From Andalucia godoyi And28 (taxonomy: Eukaryota; Protista; Jakobida), in NCBI GenBank assembly GCA_009859145.1, contig VRVR01000020.1, forward strand, positions 211,710 through 275,709: 64,000 nt of DNA, in the 5' to 3' direction. The notes beneath the pieces are model-generated. The model did no database searches and was not told where the DNA came from. It saw only the letters and a list, made by a program, of their open reading frames with translations. A program made the translations under genes and the position numbers. Shown here one piece after another: positions 10,757-20,267 of this stretch. How positions within the stretch are numbered: the first letter of the stretch is position 1; the number at the start of each line of letters is the position of its first letter.

Positions 10757-10785
10757 GTCCCGCCGAATGGCTGTTTTGGCGGGAA
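10757..10785. promoter_or_regulatory. Pair of inverted E2F-like sites upstream of RPA1
   Basis: GTCCCGCC (10757-64) and TTTTGGCGGGAA (10774-85), about 210 bp upstream of the ATG at 10994. Confidence 0.4.
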
Positions 10786-10993
10786 CAAACTGAACATCTT
10801 CATTTTACGACAATCTCGTGTCTCGGAGGCAGTGGGATTCTCCCCCAAAAAACTATTGATTACCGAAGATGCTTTTCTTTTTCTTTTCTTTTTCTTTCTC
10901 TTATTCTTGCACGCAGTCTGTCGTCTGTCAGTCTTCGTCTCGCTTCGTTTGTCCTCCGTTCGAAGAACACCAGCCTCTTTTTTTCTCGTTGTC

Positions 10994-13200
10994 ATGCACT
11001 CTTCTTGGATTAAAGCGAACGTGGACAGAGTCCAGTCGGCTACCGGTTTGTGCCTGGACGAAACGAGTTGCTTCGTGAATCAACAGCCCGTCGTTCAGAT
11101 TCTGTCGCGAACCTCCACCGGAGCATCCCAGTTCCGATCGCTGTATGCATTTTATTATATATACATATTTCATTTTTTTCCTCTTCCTCCTCCTCCTCCT
11201 TCTTCTTCTTCTGCTGCTGCTGCCTTTTCTGCCTTTTCTGCCTTCGACCCGCTCTGTTGTTGCGACCTGCGATGTGCAATAATCGTCATGCAACTCATAT
11301 GCTTCCTTTCTGCTTCAGGTGTGTGATTTCAGACGGTCAAATGACATGGCCGCACGCATTTTTCATCGGAAATGAGAACCAAACCATCCATGAATCGGAT
11401 TGCCCTTGTACGGTGAAGCTTCAGAAGTTCAGAATCATGATGAACAAATCGTATGTGTGCTGTCGTCCTTCAAAATTGAAGCAAGTATTAATTTACAGTC
11501 TCTGACTGACACCCCAACACCAATGCAGAAACGTCAGCGCGTGGATTATTGTACTATCTTGGAGGTTGATGTTCCCCAGCACATCCAAGCAATGGCCAGA
11601 TCGAAAGACCCCGTTCTCCCCTTCCGCATTTGAAGAGGATATCTTTCAAACGCAACCACCCGACGCACCAAAGAAACCACGCAGTGCTACGAGGGCTCTG
11701 GAACTGAGCACACCTCACGTGACCCCGTCGAAGCAGCCGGTGATGCAATACCGTGCAGTGTCGAATGCAAAGACCGGTGTCGTTCTTGAGGAATCATTCT
11801 ACCGCTCGGCAACTCCCCAAAATGCTCGGAATTTTCAGCTCAGTACTTCCGAATTGTTTCCACTGAAAGCACTGACAGTCTTGACTCAACGATTCTCGAT
11901 CAAGGCTCGAATCATCAAAAAACTGCCGCTGCGAGAGTACACGAACGCCAAAGGACCAGGAAAACTGCAGTCTGTGATTCTCATGGATGCCGAGAACTCA
12001 CAAATGCGCGCAACCTACTTTAACGCAGAGGTTGATCTGTTCGATGCTCTCTTGACGGAGGGCGCGGTTGTTACGATCGAGAACGGACGGGTGAAGACGG
12101 CAGATCCAAAGTATCAGCAACCAGGGTTACTGGACCAAGAGCTGACGCTCGGTAGAGACACCACAATTACAGTCATTCCAGATGACAGCACCATCGCATT
12201 CTCAGCCGTCCGATACGTCGCGATAGAGAACCTGAGCAAAGTGATGGACTCGAATCCAAAAAGCAAGCCGGTAGTTTCAGTCATCGGGGTCGTTATTGCA
12301 ACAACCGCTGCAGAGTCCGTGACAAGGAAGGACGGCTCGAAGGTGCTCAAGTACATATTCGAAATTGCGGATGAGTCGAAATGCTCTGTGCAAGCAACCG
12401 TCTGGAAAGATGAAACCGAGGAGCTGCTGTGGGTCCCTGTTGGATCCGTGCTGTCGCTTACCTCCGTTGTCGTCTCGCGATGGGATACCGTATCCCTGGC
12501 AACATCAAAACAGTCTGACATCAGAGTTAACCCACAAGGTGCAGATGCAGAAAGCCTCCTGATCTGGTACAGATCATCCTTGCAGACGCACGACATCCGA
12601 GAAATGATTTGCCGAATGACCAAAAAAGCTGCACCAACAGCCCTGCAATTGGGCCCTTACGAAACGCTGTTCGAAGCAACAAACGACGTCGCAGAAGCTG
12701 CACACCATTCGCCAGCAGAAGTCATGTTCACGCTCGACGCCATTGTATTCGTGATGCCAGATGGCGCACACCCAGTGGCCTACGAGGCCTGCGGATCCGA
12801 AAAATGCGGGAAGAAAATCGAGCGGAAAGAAGGAGGTCTTGTATTCTGCGGGAAATGCGGCAAGCAGCCAGATTCGATAGTTTACCGATTCCTCACATCC
12901 ATTATTCTACGCGACATGTCAACAGAGAAACGAGTTTCTGTTTTGGGAGGCGTAGGGAAATGTCTGTTCGGCGACATGGAGGCAAACGAAGTGGAAGCCA
13001 TGCGCCAACAGGATCTGGCGCAGTTCAGGCATGTCTGCATGGAGACAACAGGCCGCAGATTCCGCATGAAGTTGAAAGCAGAAAGACTTGTGGTGAACGG
13101 CGAGACGACATGCCGGATGACCGTTGTGGCGATACAGGACGTTGGATGGAAGCAGCGGTCTGACGAGATTTTGCCGAAACTCAAGGCAGAGTCTCTGTAG
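10994..13200 (+). CDS. RPA1: Replication protein A 70-kDa subunit, 3 exons (650 aa)
   Basis: Exons 10994-11142, 11319-11450, 11529-13200, with GTATGC/GTATGT..CAG introns; splicing keeps the frame. It restores the N-terminal OB fold (PVVQIL...FRSLCVISDG). Also DBD-A (IKARIIKK...N.KG.GKL) and the DBD-C zinc ribbon (C..EKC.KK...C.KC). Confidence 0.88.
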
Positions 13201-15801
13201 ACAAATTCTCTCTGGACATCTGATCCAACGAAGGCTCGCCAACAACCGGTGGGCTTTCTCCAATCATTTTGTTCGCAACTGCACTTGCGCCTGCAACTTC
13301 GCTCAACCCAGACTTCACGTTCGAGTCCGCTGTCTGCTCTTCCAACACTTCTACTCCGTTTGCCTGCTTGTCCAATTTCTTTCGTTCCCAGGGCTTCAAT
13401 AAAGGTTTCTTATTCGGCAAAGATGCCTTTGCGCCCGCTTTCGGCTTATCGTCAATCTGCCGAATTCCAGGAGGCTGATGACCTTGCTGTACCATGGACA
13501 GGACACTTATGAACTGCTCAGAGTAATTACCCTGCTGGAGAGGAGCGGCAGGCTGCACGCCGATGTCGATGCCCTGCGGCACCGATGGTGCATCTGCCAC
13601 GACGCCTGCACTCGAGGGATCCTCCGATTCCGAAACCCCGTTCTCTGCAGCGCGATCCTCCGTCACAAGCGAGTCAATCTCACGCATGAACGCATCCTCA
13701 TCGTCTATGACCTCCACATACTTTTTGTAGTATTTGACTTTGAGCTTCGTAAGCCAAGATGTCGCAGAGGCGGACACAGTGGTATAGTTCGGAGACGCCT
13801 TGAATTTCTCCACCCCATTGTTGAAACGAACATCGCTGCCAAAGTCATATGATAAAAAGCGATCTCTGAGTGAATCACCAACGATCACCCTGCGGCTCGC
13901 CTCTGTCGGCTGAGGAGCGAGTGGGGCAACCGCCTCAGTCACGATTTCGATTGAGGGCGCAGAAGACTGCGGGGCTTGACCGCCTTTCTGCACGACCTGA
14001 TTTCCCTGAAATGAAATCTCTCCCCTTGAAATTTGGCCAAAGAAATTCATTAGCTGCGAATTTTTCCACTTTGGATCGCTGCTGGACGATATTGTTTGTT
14101 GAAGCGCAGTAGTGAAGTCTCGTGCAGCAGCGACGTCCTCCGATGTCTTTGGGACGCTGTCCGAGGCCAAATCACCTTGCTTTTCTTCAGCTTCCGACAT
14201 TAAACGCTCGAACTCCCCTTGAGGGGTTGAAGCATCCTTGTCATCCGGCTTGGCATCCATGAACTGTTTTTCCCGCTCGACTTGGCGCTCCAGCCAGGTC
14301 TTCTCACCAAACGGCTCCACCGACATTCCCATAAACTGCTCCAGTGTCGGAAGGCTGTCAGGATCGAGGGACAAATCAAGAGAGTCAGACATAGAGTCGG
14401 CTCGGTTGCTCGGCGATCCAACCGACAACACGTCGTCCGTTGATGGACTCTTGAACTCGGCGGGTTCTGCGGAAGGTGCGCTCGTCGATGTCGGTGTCGG
14501 TATCTGGCCACTGGGTCTGACTCTTCCCTTCAGCACATCATCAATCGAAGAAGCGGGAACAGATGGAATCGCCGGAGAGGGATCCTCATCGAACTTTTTC
14601 AGTTTCTTCTTCTTTTCAGCACCAATGCCAAGCGGTGCTTTCTCGCCGGGTGTGAAAGCAGACTCTGTCTTGTGGATTCCGTCACGCACGGCGGGATTCG
14701 GGGAGACAAACTCCGTTGCATAGGGTTCCGATCGAACCGCCGCTGGATTCTCGGAGTGCACGCTCGCATGATGGGGAGCAAGATTATAGTAGGCATTCTG
14801 TGCGGACGGAGCTCCTCTGTATGCGTACATCCAACTCTTCATTGCGTCCAGTTCCGAGCGCACGGATTGCAAAGCAGTCTCGTTATCCCTAAGCGTATTT
14901 TCCTCCGCCATGCCCGCATGATTAGAATATATTTTTTTCTTCATAATTCTTATTCGACCGGCAGCAGCCTGCGATCCAAATCGAGAATAACAGACAAAAA
15001 TTGAAACAATGTAGAAAGTCATACCTTCTCTGAACTGTGTCACGAAGACTTGAAATCTGTGAGCGACACTCTGTAATTTCAGACCGCAGAGAATGCAAAT
15101 CTTGTCGCATCCGCAACATTTCATCCCGTACAAATTGTCTATGTGCAGAGCACGGTGCAAAACACGTTAATGAAATTTGCTTGAACTCAGCACAATAATC
15201 AAGGAAAAGCGTGGACATACTCGGAAGCAGACGAGGAACTTGATGACTGCCGATGCAAATCGAACTGTCTATCCCTCATTGACTGCGAGATGGTCTTGAG
15301 ATCATCTAGCTGTCTCTTCAGAAACTCCACTTCGTATTTCATAGCATTGTTGGACTGCTCAATCGCGTCCTTCACACCGGACTTCAGCATCGCCAGGTCT
15401 TCTTGCATTTCAACTCTTACTCTCTCTCGATCTTCTCGAACAATTCGCTCCACTGACTTTGACACGCGATCTGGAGCACCCTCACCTCCACCTGGACCTA
15501 GTTCATCTTCATTGCGTTCACCTTCCGTATGCAGTCCAGTGTTCAGATAACTCGCAACAACATCGACTAATCGTGTCTTTTTGATTCCTTGTCCAGCGGC
15601 ATAGAAAAGAGATCCGCCCAGCAAGAACGACAGCCAATTAAACCCCGATGAGGGCACGGAAGACGAAGACGACGGTGACCTGGTGCTCGACCTTACATCC
15701 GGCACATGCGAGAGCCATTGGTCATGGTCTCTCCTTTGCAAGTGTGCCTTTACGCGATTCAGCTCTGGAAATCCGGGAGGCAGCCCTTCCCGAAAGTCCA
15801 T
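13181..15801 (-). CDS. Chimeric peroxin-like protein: PEX14-like TM/coiled coil + PEX5L/Pex20-type PEX7-binding motif + PEX39-like domain with KPWE, 3 exons (800 aa)
   Basis: Exons 15801-15221, 15138-15025, 14888-13181. Introns of 82 and 136 bp with GTATGT/GTATGA donors, TTAAC/CTAAT branch points and TAG acceptors; total 2403 nt, in frame. Motifs: GFNWLSFLLGGSLFYAAG; coiled coil ending SELDAMKSWM; DPKWKNSQLMNFFGQISRGEISF; FLSYDFGSDVRFNNG..KVKYYKKY; FISVLSMVQQGHQPPGIRQIDD..KPWE. Confidence 0.72.
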
Positions 15802-15928
15802 TCTCGCCTTCACTCTAACCGGTGATCGTGCGCTTCTCAACACCAAACCCGTGAAACGCTCTCCTTTCGTGTCCTCTCTTTTAAGTGCTCTCTCCGTGCA
15901 TTGCGCATCGTGTTGAGGTTCTCCTTAG

Positions 15929-16454
15929 GGCACACCCATTTAAATGAACGCAAGGGGTTCCAGGAGCGAGAGGCGTGAAATGTCCGGCAGAACCAGACAT
16001 TTTCAATCGTTCATGAGTGCCTCACGCGAGGACTCCAGCTCGCTTGCACTGGGAATACCGCGTGGATTCCGGCACACACGTGATGAACGACAAATCGTTC
16101 ACCCAACTCAGGAGGGCAATCGTGCAGATCGGGATGGCGCAGCCGCTGTCGGAGCGCAACTTTCATCACCTGCACCATCGGGTTCTGAAAATGTGCAAGT
16201 ATGAAACCGACGGAGCAGACAAACCCGACAACGTGTGGCGAAGTGTGAGGAGGATGTGGTGCCAAATAAAAACGGTGAAATATCAAAATACGAACGCAGC
16301 AGTGTTTTATTCAATATTTTATTTGACACAACGAAGTCCAAGGTGAAACGAGAGAAACGGAAAGGGGGAAAAGAGAGAAGCGGAAAGGGGGGGGGAAAGA
16401 AGAAAGGCTTGAAGAAATGCTGGGCTTTCCGAATTGAATTTTTATGGAAGCGCC
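15929..16454 (+). mobile_element. MITE-like non-autonomous element, copy 2 (526 bp)
   Basis: Inverted copy of 266-783 with the same GG...CC ends and TA one base outside (15926-27, 16456-57). Carries a private 27-bp purine-rich insertion near 16370-16395. Confidence 0.65.
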
Positions 16455-16725
16455 GTAACTGTGTGCAACGAGGACTGATGCTTGGAGCTTGATGCTACAG
16501 GAATCCATTATTTATGTATTTTTTCGCTCAATTTTTTTTTAAATAGACTTTTCAGTCTTTAGGCTTTTGGTGTTGCGTTTCTTTAATCAGCCATTTTTGT
16601 ATTTGTGATTTTTCTTCTTTTGTTCGTTTTGTTTTGTTTTTGTTTTCCTTCTTGGACATATTACGTCACTACACGCACACAGAGTTACAAGTTGCAAGTC
16701 GCAGGAAAGTGAAAATCGAATCGTC

Positions 16726-18463
16726 ATGGTGAAGCCGAAGCGCCAGTCGAAGCGGGTGAGTTTGAAACAAAAGTACAAGATGGAGCGTAAAGTGAAGGAG
16801 CATCACAGAAAGCTCCGGAAGGAAGCCAAGAAGGCTGGGGCGAAGAAGAGTATGTTGCGTGTGGATGATTATATTTCTGTTGCGTGGCTTTAATTTTTGA
16901 GTTGGTCTTGTGTTCTTGTTGTGCTGACATGTTTATTCGGTTTTCCTCCTCTCTTTCTTATTATTCTTTTCGTTTTCATTTTTTATAGAGTGGACCAAGG
17001 ATCCTGGTATTCCGAACTTGTTCCCGTTCAAGGAACAGCTCCTGCAACAGATTTCGGAAGAAAAGCGGTCGATTTTGGAGAGGAAACAACAGGAAAAGGA
17101 AGCTCGGAAGCGCGAAAGAAACTCGTCGATGACGCAGCTGCAGCAAATGCAGTTTGATGCGCAGAAGCGATCGAATGAGTATGATACTGCGAACAAGATG
17201 CTTGGAATCACGGAAGAGGGGTCGGGGCATATGACGATGCGCGCAGATGCAATGTCGCATGCTCAGCGTCGCGCTTATTTCCGTGAGTTCAACAAGGTGA
17301 TGGAGGAGTCTGATGTCATTATCGAGGTGCTGGATGCGCGTGATCCGCTTGGATGCAGAGCCCCGGACGTGGAAAGGATGATTCTTACCAAGGATCCGAA
17401 CAAGAGAATCATATTGCTATTGAACAAGATCGATCTGGTTCCTCGTGAAATCGTTGAGAGATGGCTATCTGTGTTACGGAAGGAATTACCGGCCATTGCG
17501 TTCAAAGCATCGACTCAAAAGCAGGGACATATCAGCCATGCGTCCGCTGCGACGGGCTCGAGACATGTGGGCACATCGGAATGCCTGGGAGCAGACACGC
17601 TAATGCAGCTCTTGAAGAACTACTCGCGGTCGCAGCAAGTCAAAAAATCGATCACCGTCGGAATCATTGGCTTCCCGAATGTCGGAAAATCGTCGGTGAT
17701 CAATTCTCTGAAGCGCGCCCGTGTGGCTGCTGTTGGAAACACCCCTGGTCTGACGAAGACCTCGCAGAACGTCAAGCTTGACAGCAACATCAATCTGATT
17801 GACTCGCCAGGTATCATCTTTTCTTCTGCGTCGCTGGATGCGGATGTTATTTTGAGAAACGCAGTCAAAGTTGAGCAGATTGAAGACCCTACTCCGGCCA
17901 TTGATGCAGTGTTGAACCGCTGCCGACGAGAGAAACTTATGGAACTCTACTCCATTCCGATGTTTGTCAACACGAATGAATTTCTTGCGCTCATCGCGAG
18001 GAAGAGAGGATATCTTAGAAAAGCTGGAGTTCCCGACTATGTCCGAGCCGGTCGCACCATTCTTGACGACTGGAACTCTGGAAAGATTCCGTTCTTCACC
18101 ATTCCTCCTGACAACGCTGGTCTTGGTCTTGGTGGTGTTTCCACGTCGCTTTCTGCCACTGAAGATTCTCAGATTGTTGCGCAGTATGCGAAAGAGTTCG
18201 ACATCGGCGCCCTGTTGGGTACGTTGGACGCCGCGGTTCACACCCTAAAGTCTGTATCGGATGTTGGTGCGCAGTACGTTGCCATGCAGCCTGGTAAGGC
18301 TGGCGATGCAGTGTTGTCGGAAGAGCAATTAGAAGAAGAGTCTGGTTCTGATGATGACGACTCTGATGATGATGACGACGACTCTGATGACGATGTCGAA
18401 ATGGAGGATGATGACGATGACGATGACGATGACATGGATGATGACGAGGAGGACGATCTGTAA
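16726..18463 (+). CDS. GNL3: Nucleolar circularly permuted GTPase GNL3/Nug1, 2 exons (532 aa)
   Basis: Exons 16726-16849 and 16989-18463. GN3L_Grn1 N-terminus (KYKMERKVKEHHRKLRKEAKK..KDPGIPNLFPFKE), G4 NKID, G1 GFPNVGKSS, G3 DSPG, acidic tail. Confidence 0.92.
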
Positions 18464-18584
18464 TCTGCTCATGTACGTAAAATACAAAAAAAGAAAGAAG
18501 AAGAGCGATAGACTGAAAAGAAAACAAAATAAAACGGCAGAAAGGAGTCAAATTTCGATGTTCACAAAAAGTACACACAAACCA

Positions 18585-19886
18585 TTACGCAATGACTCCT
18601 CGCTTGCGACCAATCTCGATGAAAGCGTCGACGCACTTGTTGACCTGCTCAGCAGAATGGGCTGCGGAAAGCTGAACACGGATACGAGCCTCGCCCTTCG
18701 GAACGACGGGGAACGAAAATCCAATGACATAGATGCCACGCTGCAGCATATCGTCCGAGAATTCGGAGGCTAGTCGAGCGTCACCGAGCCAGACAGGGGC
18801 GATGGGATGGAGGTCATTTCCAAGAATTCGGAAGCCTGCCGCCTTCATTCGGCTTCTGAAAATCTTTGTGTTCTCGTTCAAACGGTCCCGGAGCTCCGAA
18901 GTTGTGGACAGAAGGTCAAATACCTTGAGAGACGCTCCAACAACGGGCGGTGCAATGGAATTGGAGAACAAATACGGGCGTGCACGTTGCCTCAGGATGT
19001 CCACAATTTCCTTTTTAGCAGCAGTGTAGCCACCGGTCGCACCTCCGAGCGCCTTTCCAAGGGTCGAATTGATGATGTCGACACGGTCCTCCACACCAAA
19101 AAGCTCAGGGGTACCACGACCTGTTGACCCGAAAAAGCCTGTTGCATGACACTCATCAACGAACACTTTGGCGTCATACTTATCGGCAAGTCTGCAAATT
19201 TCGTCGAGAGGCGCAACAGATCCTTCCATGGAGAATGCGCCATCAGTGGCAATCAAACGAATTCGTGCGTCCTGCGATTCTTTCAGCTTTTCCTCCAAAT
19301 CCTTCATATCCTTGGACTTGTACCTGAAACGTTTTGCCTTGCACAGCCGAATGCCGTCAATAATGGACGCATGGTTCAGCTCGTCGGAAATGATTGCATC
19401 CTGGTCCGTCAACAGGGCCTCAAAGATCCCTGCATTGGCATCGAAGCACGAGGGGAACAGGATCGCATCCTCCTTCTTGTGGAATTGTGCAATCCTCTGT
19501 TCAAGCTGCTTGTGGATATCCTGAGTTCCGCAGATAAATCGCACCGATGACAGTCCGAATCCATGAGAATCCAGCGTTTCATGCGCCGCTTTGATCACCT
19601 CCGGGTGGTTTGCAAGTCCAAGATAATTGTTGGCGCAGAAATTAAGCACTTGCGATCCAGTAGAAACTCCAATTTGTGCCTGCTGCGCACTCGTGATCAC
19701 ACGCTCTTTCTTGTACGTTCCCGCACTCTGAATCGATGCAAGCTCTGAATGAACTACAGATTCAAGCGACGGCTTTGCAGCAGCCGAAGCCGCAGATGAT
19801 GATGATGATGACATTGTTCTCAAATTCAGATTGCGCAGAGGTTGAACAAGAAGATGAACCGAACGACGGCCAAACAGCATCGCCAT
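18585..19886 (-). CDS. GCAT: 2-amino-3-ketobutyrate CoA ligase (glycine C-acetyltransferase), mitochondrial (433 aa)
   Basis: [56 protein letters not shown] (PLP lysine). Arg/Leu/Ser-rich presequence. Confidence 0.93.
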   Translation of the reverse strand: MAMLFGRRSVHLLVQPLRNLNLRTMSSSSSSAASAAAKPSLESVVHSELASIQSAGTYKKERVITSAQQAQIGVSTGSQVLNFCANNYLGLANHPEVIKAAHETLDSHGFGLSSVRFICGTQDIHKQLEQRIAQFHKKEDAILFPSCFDANAGIFEALLTDQDAIISDELNHASIIDGIRLCKAKRFRYKSKDMKDLEEKLKESQDARIRLIATDGAFSMEGSVAPLDEICRLADKYDAKVFVDECHATGFFGSTGRGTPELFGVEDRVDIINSTLGKALGGATGGYTAAKKEIVDILRQRARPYLFSNSIAPPVVGASLKVFDLLSTTSELRDRLNENTKIFRSRMKAAGFRILGNDLHPIAPVWLGDARLASEFSDDMLQRGIYVIGFSFPVVPKGEARIRVQLSAAHSAEQVNKCVDAFIEIGRKRGVIA

Positions 19887-20267
19887 GCAATAGAATACCA
19901 ACACAAAAATAATAATAATCAATAATAGCAGTAATAGCAGCAGCAGTTGCAGTAGTTGTAGCTGTAAAAAGCAGAATAGTAATAAATCATTGCAGTAAGA
20001 TAAGAATGAAGCAGCAGAACGAAGAGAGCAGAAAGGACGGTCAGCGAGCCGACATGGATGGAGTCAAGCGGAGGCTCGGCAGCATCAATTGAGAGAAGAC
20101 TGGAGACTTTCGCTCAAAGACTCAAACTCGCATTGCGGGAATTCCACCCCCAAAGAAACTACAAGCAGAAGTAATAGAGGCTTTTTTTTTTCATGGTTTT
20201 TAATTTTTTTTGGGTATCATTTCTTCGGTTTTGTTGCACGCGGTTGCATGAACGCAGAGACGACGGA

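Noticed and set aside
11566-13200. RPA1 lacking its N-terminal OB domain
   Set aside because: Two upstream exons (10994-11142, 11319-11450) supply it.
16079-16188. C/D box snoRNA (GTGATGA ... CTGA) inside copy 2
   Set aside because: The D box is mutated in copy 1 (CCGA), and no terminal stem or guide complementarity was evident.
266-16454. Polinton/virophage-like element (16 kb with ~520-bp terminal inverted repeats)
   Set aside because: The size fits, but the interior holds only host genes (IPO4, RPA1 etc.). No pPolB, integrase, ATPase or capsid, and no 6-bp TSD.
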